Below are positions 50,198 to 61,128 of a stretch of DNA of 64,000 bases, piece after piece. A program made the translations under genes and the position numbers. Under the pieces are notes generated by a model. The model saw only the letters and a program-made list of their open reading frames with translations, had not been told where the DNA came from and made no database searches. The DNA is from Polyangiaceae bacterium (GTDB lineage: Bacteria; Myxococcota_A; Polyangia; Polyangiales; Polyangiaceae): NCBI GenBank assembly GCA_965222375.1, contig CBDCTZ010000016.1, positions 1,024,001 to 1,088,000 on the forward strand. The letters run 5' to 3'. The stretch's first letter is position 1. The number at the start of each line of letters is the position of its first letter.

Positions 50198-52144
50198 CTA
50201 GCCGATCTTCAGCTGGCGGAGCTTCTTGTGCAGACCCTCGCGGGTGATGCCCAAGGTCTTGGCCGCGCTGGTCTTGTTTCCGTCGTGATCCCTCAGTGCT
50301 TCTAGCAAGAAGAACTTTTCGACCTGTTCGACCATCTCCTTGAGGGTGCCTTTTTGGGCGCCGGCCTTTTCGATCACGGATTCGATCCGGCGCACTCGCG
50401 GGCTCAGCAGATCCGGGCCGATGAAGCCGTCCGCGTCGGCTTGGATCACGAGGCGCTGCACTTCGTTTTCGAGTTCACGCACGTTGCCGGGCCATTCGTA
50501 GCTCATCAAGAGCTCCATCGTGCCCTGGGCGAAGCCTTGAACGGGTTTGCCGATTTCCTTCGTGTAGCGGTCCAGGAAATGCCCGGCCAATAGCGGGACG
50601 TCCTCGCGCCGCTCACTCAGCGCGGGAACCCTGAGCGGAAACACCTTCAGGCGGTAGTATAGGTCTTCGCGGAAACGTCCCGCCTCGACCTCTTTTTCCA
50701 GGTTGCGATTGCACGCCGCCACGATGCGAACGTCCACGACCTTGTTGTGGGTCGCTCCGACTGGCCGGATCTCCCCCTCCTGCAACACTCGAAGCAGCTT
50801 GGCCTGCAGAGCCAGCGGCATCTCCGAGACTTCGTCCAAAAAGAGTGTGCCGCCGTCGGCCACGTCGAAGAGCCCTCGTTTCTCCTCGGTGGCACCCGTG
50901 AAGGCGCCCTTCTTGTGACCGAAGAGTTCGCTCTCCAGCAGGTTCTCGGGTAGCGCCGCGCAGTTTTGGGCGACGAAGAGCTTTCCGCTGCGTCGACTCT
51001 TGTCGTGAACCCTGGAAGCCACGAGCTCTTTGCCCGTGCCCGTGGCCCCCTCGATCAACACCGTGACCCGGGTGTCGACCACCTTGTCCAGCTGAGCCAA
51101 CATCGTCTTGATGGCTTTGCTTTCCCCGATGATCTCCGCTCGGCCGGAGCGAGAGCGCTCGCGACCCTTGAGGTAGGTGTTTTCCTTCTGGAGCTGTTGT
51201 TCTGCCAAGGTCAGGCGTCGGATCAGTCGCGCGTTGGCCACCGCCAACGAGGCAGTCGCCGCCAGCACGCCCAGGGCGTCCAAGTCCGAAGAGTCGAACA
51301 TGCTCGGCGTGTCCCGATTGTCGACCTGCAGCACGCCCAGAATGTCCTCTCCCTTCCAGAGCGGCACGCCGATGGTGCTTCGGATGCTCGCACCGAGTAG
51401 AGACTCGGAACTGAACGCTTCACTCGGTGCGTCAGCGGCGAGCACGGCTGCCCGCTCCCGCACGACCTTTCGAAACACACTCCGTGTTACGGGAACTGCT
51501 TCGTCAGGCGACTGACCTGAGCCTTCCGCACTCCGCACCCGGGTGAGGACTGGCACGAAACCCGACTCGGACGCGACTTCCTCGGAATCGGGTTCGTCCT
51601 TCAGCACCAAGGTTGCGTGCGTCGCACTGGGGACCAATTCCAACGCCGCGTCGCCGACGGTCTGCAACACTTCGTCCAAATCCTCGGCGGCCCCAATGGC
51701 CTTCTGCACGCGGTACAACGTCTTGAGAACGTCTGTATTGCGTTCCACGGAGCTGGTCGTGCCCGACAGTTCCGCGATGGGTCGCACGCTGACGACGTGG
51801 GGTTCCAGCTCTTCGGCGACGGTGATGCGCAGTCGAGTTGCTTCGTCGCCTTCTCCGCCCAATTCGAGAACGTCGCCATCCTCGAGGACAGACTTCCGGT
51901 TGCTGTCACCTAACGCAATGCGGCTGTCTCCCCGCAGCACGGCAGTTCCGTTGGTGCTGTGCAGGTCCTCGATGGTCACGGTTTCCTCACCGATGACCAG
52001 GCGAGCGTGCTCGCTGGAAAGGTGGGATTCGGGTAGCTCTAGGTCACTTTTCGGCCCGCGCCCGATGCGCACCACATCCCCCTCCGGCTCGAGGACGCTG
52101 CCTGCGCGCGAGCCGGAGAGAACTTCGATGCGAACTGAGGGCAT
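50198..52144 (-). CDS. FHA - GAF - sigma-54 enhancer-binding protein
   Basis: IGR...SSEHA...STNGT (FHA); [27 protein letters not shown]. Confidence 0.93.
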   Translation of the reverse strand: MPSVRIEVLSGSRAGSVLEPEGDVVRIGRGPKSDLELPESHLSSEHARLVIGEETVTIEDLHSTNGTAVLRGDSRIALGDSNRKSVLEDGDVLELGGEGDEATRLRITVAEELEPHVVSVRPIAELSGTTSSVERNTDVLKTLYRVQKAIGAAEDLDEVLQTVGDAALELVPSATHATLVLKDEPDSEEVASESGFVPVLTRVRSAEGSGQSPDEAVPVTRSVFRKVVRERAAVLAADAPSEAFSSESLLGASIRSTIGVPLWKGEDILGVLQVDNRDTPSMFDSSDLDALGVLAATASLAVANARLIRRLTLAEQQLQKENTYLKGRERSRSGRAEIIGESKAIKTMLAQLDKVVDTRVTVLIEGATGTGKELVASRVHDKSRRSGKLFVAQNCAALPENLLESELFGHKKGAFTGATEEKRGLFDVADGGTLFLDEVSEMPLALQAKLLRVLQEGEIRPVGATHNKVVDVRIVAACNRNLEKEVEAGRFREDLYYRLKVFPLRVPALSERREDVPLLAGHFLDRYTKEIGKPVQGFAQGTMELLMSYEWPGNVRELENEVQRLVIQADADGFIGPDLLSPRVRRIESVIEKAGAQKGTLKEMVEQVEKFFLLEALRDHDGNKTSAAKTLGITREGLHKKLRQLKIG

Positions 52145-52163
52145 GAGGGCGCGGAGCCTGCGC

Positions 52164-53921
52164 TCACTGCGCGCGCGCTTCGATCCGGTACATCACCTGC
52201 TTGACCGGCGCATCTCCAGCGATCTTTCGCTTGTTGCCGGATTCAGCGTTCTTGTCCACCAAGGCCTTGAGCTTCGCCGCCAGCTCCTTGGAGCCTTTGG
52301 GCAGCAGGCGGTCGATGGTCTGCGCGGCAACGAAGCGCACGGCTGCGTTCTCGAAGGAACTCATGGCCGCAACCAGCTCAGCGGCAGTGGCTTCGTTGCC
52401 CAGGATCCCCACCATGTAGCCGGCCTTGATGGCTCGGAACTGGGTCTTTTGGTCCTGGTTGGCGCTCTTCTCCATCTCCTTCAAGTAGCAGGCAACGTCC
52501 GACTTGCAGGAGTTGATCACGGTCTCTGCGTCCTTGAACAAGTCCTTTTCGAGCTTGGTGCCGTACTTCTCGACCGCCGCTTTGACCGTCGCCATCTGTT
52601 CCGGCTTTGCCAGCTTGATGGCCGTGACCGTGATGGCGCCTTGCAACGCCTTCTTGTCTTCACCACCGCCCTTGGTGTTCTCGGCCCGCTCGAGCAGCCA
52701 GTCGATCATGGCGGGGTCGTAGAACTGGCCCGTGAACTCTGCCAGTGACGAAAGGGCATTTGCGCCCGGCGGAATCACCGTGTCGAGAGAAATGCTTTCG
52801 AAGGCTTCCTTGTAGGCGGTCTTCACGTCGTCGCTCATCGGCAGCTTGGTGATTTCGCGAGCGATGACCGCTTTGTTCCGGTCTTTCTCTTCTTTCTTCA
52901 GCGCCTCGAGCAGTGCAGCCTTGCCCTCAGCTCGTCCGATGGTGCCGAGCACGAGCGCAGCGGTCTGCACGTAAGGGCGATCCTTGGGAGCTTCCTTGGC
53001 CTTGGTCACTTCTTTGATGCGACGAAGGTTGTAGGTCGTGAGCTTCTCGTCCTCACCCGTGAGCACCTTGATCGCTGCGTCAGCTGCGGGCTTCCCGATC
53101 TTCACCAAGGCCAGGATGGCCGTCGCCTGAATGTCCGCCTTGGCGGGATCCAGCATCACCTTGAGCAGGGGCACGACGGCTTCCGTGGCCTGGATTTCCC
53201 CCAGAATCTGCGCGGAGGTCGTCTGCCAGAAGAGCTGATCCCGATAGGGATCGATCTTGTCTTTGTCCTTCTTGGTCTTTGGGGGGTCGATCTCTGCGTC
53301 CAGCATCGAGATCAAGGACGGAGTCCAGGACTTGGCCTTGATCTTGACCATGGCCTCGTTCAGCGGACGGTAGGTGATGCCGCCCAACATGCTGCTGGTC
53401 TTCATCTTCTGAAACGCCTGCACGAGGGGCTCGTTCAGGGATTCCAGCTTCAAGTCGCCCGCAGCCATCGCGGCCCACTTCAAGTCTGCGTCGTCCTTGC
53501 TCTTCGACGGTTTCGCGACAAAACCTTCCAAAGCCTTCTTCAGGGCTGGCTCCGTGCGCTTGTCCCGAAGCGAGGAGAGAAGCTTGATCAGGGATACACG
53601 CGTCTTGGTGTCGAGGGTGTCGTAGTTCTCGACGTAGGTCTTCGTCAGCGGCTCCGCGATCTTCCCGACCAAGGCCTGCACCTCCGGCGCGTTCGGGTCC
53701 TTGTTCGCTTTGGTGATCGCGTCTTCGTAGAACTGTTCCAGGCGGGTCACTGCCCGAGCGCGCCAGGCCTTGTCGTCCAGCTTGCCGACCCAGTAGTCAG
53801 GTTGGCTTTCGTCCTTGCAGCCCGTGACGGTGACCGCCAAAGAGGCGGTGGCGATAGTGGCAGCTGTGCCGAGGGTGAGCGAGCGAATCAGCGACGCGAT
53901 GGCGCGCGAAGTGCGGAGCAT
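52164..53921 (-). CDS. HEAT-repeat lipoprotein
   Basis: Lipobox VTGC, helical HEAT-like repeats. Confidence 0.8.
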   Translation of the reverse strand: MLRTSRAIASLIRSLTLGTAATIATASLAVTVTGCKDESQPDYWVGKLDDKAWRARAVTRLEQFYEDAITKANKDPNAPEVQALVGKIAEPLTKTYVENYDTLDTKTRVSLIKLLSSLRDKRTEPALKKALEGFVAKPSKSKDDADLKWAAMAAGDLKLESLNEPLVQAFQKMKTSSMLGGITYRPLNEAMVKIKAKSWTPSLISMLDAEIDPPKTKKDKDKIDPYRDQLFWQTTSAQILGEIQATEAVVPLLKVMLDPAKADIQATAILALVKIGKPAADAAIKVLTGEDEKLTTYNLRRIKEVTKAKEAPKDRPYVQTAALVLGTIGRAEGKAALLEALKKEEKDRNKAVIAREITKLPMSDDVKTAYKEAFESISLDTVIPPGANALSSLAEFTGQFYDPAMIDWLLERAENTKGGGEDKKALQGAITVTAIKLAKPEQMATVKAAVEKYGTKLEKDLFKDAETVINSCKSDVACYLKEMEKSANQDQKTQFRAIKAGYMVGILGNEATAAELVAAMSSFENAAVRFVAAQTIDRLLPKGSKELAAKLKALVDKNAESGNKRKIAGDAPVKQVMYRIEARAQ

Positions 53922-54297
53922 GTTGGATGTCCTCCAGGTTGAGCTGTCCCGTCGTTGCCGGCGGGGGCGCGCAGCAGAAATCCCCTTATATTTGCGCGGT
54001 TCCGGCGAACGGGAACGTACGTCGGGCGAAAGCGTGGTGTCAACGAAAGCGCGGCCTTTTTGACGCGCCGCGGCATTTGCCGGGGTTCTTGCGTCCCAGG
54101 GCTTGTTCGCGGGCTGGCGTCAGACCATTCGCGGCCGCGAGGTCGTGGGTGGTTGGCTCGCGGTTGCTGCTTGGCGGGCATTCCTCTCGTGAAGCGCCGC
54201 CGGGCGGTGTTTGGGGAACTTGGCGAGAGTAATGCAGCAAGGCCGGCCCAATGCCACGACCCCTTAGCCAAAACCGCGGTAGCTGCGCCTGATCGAA

Positions 54298-55113
54298 TCA
54301 GTGCAGATCGCGCCAGCGATCCACGATTGCGTCGTGGATCGCGCCGTTGCTCGCGATGATCCCGGTGTGATTCACCAGGCTCTCGCTGCGATAGTCGATG
54401 GCATCGCCGTTGGCGTCCGTGACTCGTCCGCCCGCGGCTCGGATGATGGCTTCACCTGCGCATAGGTCCCAGCGGCAGCCCGCCCTCCCGGGCGCTACGT
54501 ACGCATCCGCCCCCGCCTGGGCGATGGCAGCGCACTTCAAGCCTGCGCTGCCCAAAGCGTCGACCTGAGCTGCTCCCAACGCGGCGAGAGCGCGCTCCAG
54601 GGCTTCACTTCGATGAGAGCGAGTGGATAGCAGGCGCGCTTCCTCGAGGGTCTGGGTCTGGCTCACATGCAGATCGGCCTCGGTGCCGTCCTGCCGCCGG
54701 TGCTTGGCGCCCCAACCTTCGGCGGCCATCCAGACTTCACCAGTAACGGGGGCGTGCAACACGCCGGCGTAGGGTCGGTCCTTCACCAACAAACCGATCA
54801 TGACCACGAACTCGCCGTTGCGCTTCACGAACTCTCGCGTCCCGTCCAGGGGGTCGACGAAGAAGACGCGCTCCGCCTCTTGGTAGCCGCTGAAGGCCGT
54901 GGGGTCGCTTTCTTCCGCGACCACGGCCGTGCCCGGGTACAGCTCGGCTAGCCGCGAGCAGATGTGCGCGTTCGCGAGTTTGTCTGCTTTGGTAACCGGA
55001 TCTCGGGGCCGCTTGAACTCCACCTCGAAGGGCTCCTCGTAGACCTGCAGAATGATCTCCGCGGCTTGGGCGGCGATTTGCCCTAAGTCTTGCAGCAGTT
55101 CTTCTGGGTTCAC
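54298..55113 (-). CDS. cysQ: 3'(2'),5'-bisphosphate nucleotidase (inositol monophosphatase family)
   Basis: PVTKAD, VAEES, VDPLDGTREF, WDLCAG. Confidence 0.9.
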   Translation of the reverse strand: MNPEELLQDLGQIAAQAAEIILQVYEEPFEVEFKRPRDPVTKADKLANAHICSRLAELYPGTAVVAEESDPTAFSGYQEAERVFFVDPLDGTREFVKRNGEFVVMIGLLVKDRPYAGVLHAPVTGEVWMAAEGWGAKHRRQDGTEADLHVSQTQTLEEARLLSTRSHRSEALERALAALGAAQVDALGSAGLKCAAIAQAGADAYVAPGRAGCRWDLCAGEAIIRAAGGRVTDANGDAIDYRSESLVNHTGIIASNGAIHDAIVDRWRDLH

Positions 55114-56051
55114 GCTGCGCCTACTTCTTCCAGCCGAGCCTCTAGAGCCGTGAGCACTTCCGGCTCCAAGTAGGGGCTGCCCTTGCCGGCTTCGCGCACC
55201 AGCTGATCGAGCTGCAGGCTGCTTCGAGGGCCGAGCACGGCGCTACTCACGTGGCTGTTCGAAAGCACATAGCGCAATGCGCCCGCCCGCATCGTCATGA
55301 CGCCACCGCCGACGACGGGGCGCAGGGCATCCAGCTGGCGAATTCGGCGCCGCAGTTCGTCGGAGGTCCAACGCTCGGCGCGGTGGTCGCCGTCGCTGAA
55401 CTCCTTGGTCGCACCCCAATGTCCCGCCAACAGGCCGTAGGCCAGTACCGAGTGGGCCAAGATGCCCACCTGGTCTCGCTCGATGTCTTCTTGCAGATCC
55501 CGTAGGGACTGGGAGGCAAACGCGTTGTGGGTCACTGAGATGACCTCGGCCCCGCGGGCGATGGCCTCCCGCGCCGTCTCCGTGCTGCCTGCACTCACGC
55601 CCCAAGCCCGAACCCCACCCGAGGCCTTTTCCTCCGCGAGCCACGCGGTGGCTTCGCCTTTCTCGACGGCGTCCATCGACGGGTTGTGCAAGAGGACGAC
55701 GTCGAGCACGTCCCGCTTCAGCCGCTCTTTGGAGCGTGCGAGGGCGTCCTTTAGGTAGTCGACCTTGAAGCACTTCTTCGGGATGGCGGCGTCCAGGTCG
55801 GTTCCGATCTTGGTGACAATCCGCGTCTTCTTGCCATCTTCCAGGCGCTCGCCCAGTCGCCGCTCCATGGCGCCATGGCCGTAGCAGTCTGCGGTCTCGA
55901 AGAGCGTGATGCCCAGAGCGGCGGCGCGGTCGATGACCCGGTCCTGCTCTGCTTCCGCGACCGGGCCGTAGCCGTCGCCGCATAGACCCCAGCTGCCCAG
56001 CGACAATTCGCTGACCGTGAGTCCGGTCTTGCCCAAGGGGCGCTTGCGCAT
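55110..56051 (-). CDS. Aldo/keto reductase
   Basis: LGKTGLTVSELSLG, ETADCYG, TKIG, LHNP. Confidence 0.9.
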   Translation of the reverse strand: MRKRPLGKTGLTVSELSLGSWGLCGDGYGPVAEAEQDRVIDRAAALGITLFETADCYGHGAMERRLGERLEDGKKTRIVTKIGTDLDAAIPKKCFKVDYLKDALARSKERLKRDVLDVVLLHNPSMDAVEKGEATAWLAEEKASGGVRAWGVSAGSTETAREAIARGAEVISVTHNAFASQSLRDLQEDIERDQVGILAHSVLAYGLLAGHWGATKEFSDGDHRAERWTSDELRRRIRQLDALRPVVGGGVMTMRAGALRYVLSNSHVSSAVLGPRSSLQLDQLVREAGKGSPYLEPEVLTALEARLEEVGAA

Positions 56052-56085
56052 GCGCGGGGATATAACTCGAACTCGCGGGATTGTC

Positions 56086-56844
56086 TCAAGTGCGCATGGA
56101 ACACGCGCTGAGGGGAGGTTCCAGTGCGGCGCGTTCCAGAAGCTCGGCGTCGGTGAGGACGTCCTGAGCCGTGCCGTCCGCCACCACGCGCCCTTCCCGC
56201 AGGGCTACCACGCGCATCTCGAGTTCCAAGGCGAAGTCCAGGTCGTGGGTGGCGACGACGCAGGCGGTTTCCAGACCCGATAGGGTGTGCAGCAGCCGCC
56301 GGCGGGCGCGCCCGTCCAGAGAGGCAGTGGGCTCGTCCAGAAGCAGCACGTCTGGCTCGCATGCAAGTACCGACGCCATGGCGACGAGGCGCTGTTCTCC
56401 CAAGCTCAAGGCGCTTGGCGAATGATCGGATAGCTCGCTGACCCCCATCAGGTCCATCGCCCGGGTGACCCGGCGCTCGACCTCGGCGTCAGGCAGGCCT
56501 CGGGCCCGCGGCCCGAAGGCGACTTCGCTGTCCACACGATCGGAAAAGAGCTGATCCGCGGGATTCGCGAACACGAAGCCCAGCTTGCGCCGGACCTGCT
56601 GCAGGGTCTTCTTGCCGAGTTCCAGACCCGCGATGCTGATGCGACCATTCCATTCGGTGGCGCCGACCAGCGCGAGAAGCAGGGACGTCTTGCCCGCACC
56701 GTTCGCTCCCACCAGAGCCACGCGCTCTCCGGCTCGCACAGAGAGGGAGACATCGTGCACGGTGGTCCGCTTCGCGCCGGTGAGCGCGTCCTCTCGAACG
56801 GCCTGTACGCCCTCCAAGCGGAGGATGGGTTCGGCGGGTGTCAT
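56086..56844 (-). CDS. cbiO: ECF transporter ATPase (CbiO/NikO)
   Basis: GANGAGKT, NPADQLF, LSLGEQ, DEPTASLD. Confidence 0.88.
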   Translation of the reverse strand: MTPAEPILRLEGVQAVREDALTGAKRTTVHDVSLSVRAGERVALVGANGAGKTSLLLALVGATEWNGRISIAGLELGKKTLQQVRRKLGFVFANPADQLFSDRVDSEVAFGPRARGLPDAEVERRVTRAMDLMGVSELSDHSPSALSLGEQRLVAMASVLACEPDVLLLDEPTASLDGRARRRLLHTLSGLETACVVATHDLDFALELEMRVVALREGRVVADGTAQDVLTDAELLERAALEPPLSACSMRT

Positions 56845-57500
56845 GGGCTCACCAGGTGCACGCCAATGCCCATCAACGCGCAGATTCCGACGAAGGCCAG
56901 GCTACGGAAGCCGCCGAAGGAGTCCACCCGGGTGCCCGGCGGGGCTCCGCGCAGCTCGACGGCTAGCGCGCGACGCTGCCCTCGGGCGGCACTCTGTATC
57001 AGAAGAGTGCTCAACAACTCCAGATTCGCTCCGGTCCCGGATGCACCGCGGAGCTTGCGAGCTAGCGCCAGGCGCTGGCCTTCGTCCACGAGGGCGCCCA
57101 ACTGGCCGACGGTGTGCACGATCACCGTGGTCAGTGCGCGTGGTGCACGCAGGGTCGCGAACGCGCTGCCCAGGTCCTCGCCTGCAAGAGTCAGTGACGT
57201 CGCGACGGCCGTAACAATCGCGCTCGAGCTGCGCAGAAGGACCGGAGCCACCCCACTCCAGCCGCCGCCCAAGGCGAAGGGCGCGAGCATGGCGCCGCTG
57301 CCGATGAGCGCGACGGCCAGCCGTCTCTGCCAGCGTCGGGCTGGCGGCTTGGCCCAGGCCAGCACCGACACGAAAAACGCGCAGGCAACACCGAACCCGA
57401 GGAAGCTTGGCGGTGCAGTGGCCAGAGCGACCGCTAGAATGACGCCGCCGCCAAGGCGTGCCGCGGGCGTCAGCCATCGCGCGATCGGCGCATCGGTCAC
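56841..57500 (-). CDS. cbiQ: ECF transporter T component (CbiQ/NikQ)
   Basis: Hydrophobic N-half, ARKLRG and AVELRG motifs; overlaps both neighbours. Confidence 0.8.
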   Translation of the reverse strand: MTDAPIARWLTPAARLGGGVILAVALATAPPSFLGFGVACAFFVSVLAWAKPPARRWQRRLAVALIGSGAMLAPFALGGGWSGVAPVLLRSSSAIVTAVATSLTLAGEDLGSAFATLRAPRALTTVIVHTVGQLGALVDEGQRLALARKLRGASGTGANLELLSTLLIQSAARGQRRALAVELRGAPPGTRVDSFGGFRSLAFVGICALMGIGVHLVSP

Positions 57501-58258
57501 GGGGTCGCGTGTGCCCGCGCGAGCACGACCTCGAGGGCGTCCGGAGCTGAACTCGCGATGGGTAGGGCCACGAGCAATACACCCAGGCCAACCACCGCCC
57601 AAGCCCACATTGGACGTGACCTGGTGCCTCGGGGTTCGTTTGCTGCGGATGCAAGTAGCCGCGGAGCGCGTTTCTGCAGGTGCACCACGGCGGAGGAGGT
57701 CAACACGCCTTCGACCAGTCCTGCTAGAGCTTGGATGCCGACCAGGGTGGCGAAGGTCCAGCCCATTGGCGCCCCGGCGGAAAACACGAGCAGCGTCGAC
57801 AGGCACGCTGCCGCCACCACGTTGCCCAGGAGCGTTCCCAAGATCGCCGTGGTGCGAACGCGCTTTGCACCCCGGAGCATGCGCATCAGGGAGACCGCAC
57901 CGACGGGGATCAAGACGATGTTGATGATGTTGATTCCCAGTGCTGCGATTCCACCATCTGCCAGCAAGACGGCTTGTAGGATCACTACCGTGGACAAGGC
58001 GACGACGGCTGCGGCGGGTCCGAGCAACAGGGTGAGCAAGGAGGCGCCGAGGGCGTGGGCGCTAGCGCCGGGGGCTGCCGGAAGATTGATGGCCTGAAGC
58101 GCGAGGGTGAATGCCGCCAAGGTACCGGTCCAGGCCAGCTGACCCGGATGGCGATCTCGAGCAACCCGCGACAAGCTCGCTGACACCGCGCCGGCGCTGA
58201 TCAATGCAGCTCCCGCCAAGAGTGGCGCGCTGCTGATGATTCCGTCGGGAAGGTGCAC
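57497..58258 (-). CDS. cbiM: Co/Ni ECF S component CbiM/NikM with C-terminal PDGLE-like extension
   Basis: GTG start gives MHLPDG; GASAHALG, QAVLLADGG; C-terminal ASSAPDALE. Confidence 0.88.
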   Translation of the reverse strand: MHLPDGIISSAPLLAGAALISAGAVSASLSRVARDRHPGQLAWTGTLAAFTLALQAINLPAAPGASAHALGASLLTLLLGPAAAVVALSTVVILQAVLLADGGIAALGINIINIVLIPVGAVSLMRMLRGAKRVRTTAILGTLLGNVVAAACLSTLLVFSAGAPMGWTFATLVGIQALAGLVEGVLTSSAVVHLQKRAPRLLASAANEPRGTRSRPMWAWAVVGLGVLLVALPIASSAPDALEVVLARAHATP

Positions 58259-58311
58259 GCCCAAACCCTAGATCGCTCACCGGACCCGTGCCACCAATTT
58301 GGGAAATCGTG

Positions 58312-60363
58312 CTACGGCGTGGCGGGCGCTAGGGACCAGTAATGAAGCGCGGAAAATCGCGCCTTTTTGGCCAGCAGCTCGATGCTTGCTGGCCCGGAGG
58401 GCAGCTGCTCCGGAAGCTCCAGCGTCACCTCTTCCCAGGGCGACGCGCCGCTGAGTTCGATGGCGTCCAGGGCCGTGCCTCCGACCCGGATTTCAATCTC
58501 GATGGACTCCTCACTCGCCAGCCGCGCAATCAGCCGGCCGCCACCTTCTACCTTGAGTCGAAAGCTCTCGCGTGCGCGCTGGCCGCGTCCGCCGTCTGCC
58601 CGGGTCAGGCTGCCGTCTGAGAACACACGATTGAAGCGCTGTCGGGCGTCCAAGAGCGCGTAGTCGTGGTCGCGTTCGCTGTCCAAGTCAGCAACGTCCA
58701 GGCTGTCGATGATGGAGCTCTTGGTCGCTGCCGGTTGGCCGGCGGAGCCCAACAGATCGAAGCGCGCGACGTAGGCGACCTTGGTCACACCGCCGAGGAT
58801 GGTTGCTCCTGTCACGCTGCGTTGAGTGAGCATTTCGCCCAACACTTCTGGCATGGCCATCCATCCGGGGTACACGATGAAGTGCGTTGGCAATTCGGCC
58901 TTGTCCAGCCGTTCGTAGTGCTCGAAGCGAGACCCGGCACCAGCGACCCAATACCGTGCTTCCTTTGGTGTGGTGAGCCCTACGACGTCGAAGACGTGTC
59001 GGTCCGAGAAGTAGGCCACCGCGCCAGTGTCGTTCACTCCGATCTTGGCGGATGGTGGAAGGTTGTCTCGTGCCCAGCGTCCCAGGGCGACCTGTTGGCG
59101 CCGAATGCCATCGGAGCTGACGGCAAGATCCTCCAGGGTCCAGGACAACTGGGCAGCGAAACTACCAACGATGATGCCCGTGATAACGAGTCCAGCTCGT
59201 TCGAGTCTCGGTTCCAGTCTCGCGAGCGCGCGAGCGAGAAGCTGCGCCAGTGCTGCGAGGGCCAAAAACCATCCGGGCGCGAAGGGCCACAAGTAGCGCA
59301 GGCGATTCCAAAGGAAGCTGTCATAGGTGGCGGGGATCAGCATGCCCAAAGCGAGCAACAGCACGATCGTGCCCCGGAAGTACTCTCTGCGTAGGACGCT
59401 CAGCACCGCCAGGGCGGGCAGCGCTAGCCACGCCAGTAGGCGTCCGCCGCTCGGCACGAAGACGGCGCTCCACGCCTGGCCGTCGAGTAGTCGTTCGAAC
59501 AACAAGCGCACATTGCCCATGACCGCGCCGAGCAGCACCGAGCCTCGATAGTACGGACTGCTCGGAAGCCACTTTACCGCGGCAGTCGTGCTCTGCGCCG
59601 TTCCTGTAAACGCGAAGTTCACGAAACCCGGCAGCGCCATCCCCAGCAGTGGCAAGGCGGCGAAGGCACGACCTCGACCCCGAGGCGCGACGAGAAGGGC
59701 CCCGGCGGCGATCGCACTGAGCAAGACCCCCTCGGGCCGCACGCAGGGTGCGAGGCCGCCGAGCAGCAGCAGAACTGCGAGCTCTCGTGGCGTGGCGGGT
59801 TGCTCCCGTCGGTCGTGCCATTCAGCGCTCACCCGCGCCGTGACCACCAGCCACCAGGCGAAGGGCACGATTTCCATGCCGCTGCCTGCACCCCAGACCA
59901 GGCCGCCGAAGCACAGCGCACCCGCGCCCGCAACGAAGGCGACTCCCTCCGGCAGCAGCTTGCGACCCAGTCGCCAGGTTTCGACCGCAACCCCGAATAG
60001 CGCGAGCCAACCGAAGAACCATGCTGGCCAGACCAGGGAAACGTCCCGAAAGCCCAGCTTCCAGAAGGGGGCCAAGAACAGTGGCCAAAGCAGGCTGGTA
60101 GCCCCGGGAGCTGGCGCAGCCCCGGGCGAGTAGCTGAAGGGTGCCAGCTGTGCGAAGCGCTTGGCGTACTGAAAGTGAATGAAGGTGTCGTCGAGAGGGA
60201 CAGCGGGTTCGCCCCCGGTTTTCGCGAGGGTCACGCGGGTGGCTGACACCGCAAGAGCCACGGCCCCGGTCGCCAGCAACGCCAGGCCCAAGCGGGTGAG
60301 CCGCTGCCGAGCCGGGTCTTGGATCGGCGTTGGGGCCGATGCTGGTGGGCGTGATCCGAGCAT
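58312..60363 (-). CDS. Multi-TM membrane protein, GT-C glycosyltransferase-like
   Basis: PLDDTFIHFQYA, GATSLLW, SGME, RPEG, DTGAVAYFS, DVVGL motifs. Confidence 0.75.
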   Translation of the reverse strand: MLGSRPPASAPTPIQDPARQRLTRLGLALLATGAVALAVSATRVTLAKTGGEPAVPLDDTFIHFQYAKRFAQLAPFSYSPGAAPAPGATSLLWPLFLAPFWKLGFRDVSLVWPAWFFGWLALFGVAVETWRLGRKLLPEGVAFVAGAGALCFGGLVWGAGSGMEIVPFAWWLVVTARVSAEWHDRREQPATPRELAVLLLLGGLAPCVRPEGVLLSAIAAGALLVAPRGRGRAFAALPLLGMALPGFVNFAFTGTAQSTTAAVKWLPSSPYYRGSVLLGAVMGNVRLLFERLLDGQAWSAVFVPSGGRLLAWLALPALAVLSVLRREYFRGTIVLLLALGMLIPATYDSFLWNRLRYLWPFAPGWFLALAALAQLLARALARLEPRLERAGLVITGIIVGSFAAQLSWTLEDLAVSSDGIRRQQVALGRWARDNLPPSAKIGVNDTGAVAYFSDRHVFDVVGLTTPKEARYWVAGAGSRFEHYERLDKAELPTHFIVYPGWMAMPEVLGEMLTQRSVTGATILGGVTKVAYVARFDLLGSAGQPAATKSSIIDSLDVADLDSERDHDYALLDARQRFNRVFSDGSLTRADGGRGQRARESFRLKVEGGGRLIARLASEESIEIEIRVGGTALDAIELSGASPWEEVTLELPEQLPSGPASIELLAKKARFSALHYWSLAPATP

Positions 60364-60428
60364 GCCGCAGCCGTGAGTCTCCGTCATTTCCCTGCGCGAA
60401 ATCACGTAACATTCTCCGCCGCCTCCCG

Positions 60429-61037
60429 ATGCGTCACGATCCCTACGCTCACGCGCCCCGGCTTCCTGAGGAGGGGCCCCTCGATCTGTGTGCGGAGGTG
60501 CACAGCGCGGCACCCATCGAGCTCGAAATTGGGCCGGGGCGCGGCTGGTTCTTGGTGGAGCGCGTAGAGCTCGACCCCGAGTGTCGAATCGTCGGCCTCG
60601 AGATCAAGCGCAAGTGGGCCGCGATCGTCGACGAGCGTCTCAAGAAACGTGGTCACGGCAGTCGTGCCCGGGTCTTTGCGGAAGATGCGCGTAACGTCCT
60701 ACCGCGCCTTTCACCGGGCAGCGTGAGCACCGTGTACATTCACTTTCCCGATCCCTGGTGGAAGAAGCGACATCACAAGCGGATGGTGCTTACCGCGCCA
60801 ACCGTGGACGCCCTCGCGCGGGTCCTGGTGCCGGGTGGTCAGCTGCTCCTGCAGACCGACGTCGAGGAGCGAGCCCAGCGCTACGAAGCGTTGCTCGACG
60901 CCAGCGAACACTTCGAACCGGCCCGCGACCAGGCCCGGATCGCCGATCACAGCTTTGGCGCCCGGAGCCCGAGGGAGCGCCGCGCCATGGCGGATGGCCT
61001 GCCCGTGTACCGGCTGCTGTACCGCCGCGCCGCGTGA
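60429..61037 (+). CDS. trmB: tRNA (guanine-N7)-methyltransferase
   Basis: LEIGPGRG, GLEIK, FPDPWWKKRHHKR, QTD. Confidence 0.92.
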   Translation: MRHDPYAHAPRLPEEGPLDLCAEVHSAAPIELEIGPGRGWFLVERVELDPECRIVGLEIKRKWAAIVDERLKKRGHGSRARVFAEDARNVLPRLSPGSVSTVYIHFPDPWWKKRHHKRMVLTAPTVDALARVLVPGGQLLLQTDVEERAQRYEALLDASEHFEPARDQARIADHSFGARSPRERRAMADGLPVYRLLYRRAA

Positions 61038-61128
61038 TTCCGCTCCCAGATCGCCAGGTTATCGGGATTTTCGTGCCTGACGACCGCCCTTGATTCGGGG
61101 ACCACGCTGGCGCTACGCTCGGTCCGTG

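Noticed and set aside
58259..58311. Cobalamin or Ni/Co riboswitch upstream of cbiM
   Set aside because: Only ~50 bp intergenic, with no recognisable motif
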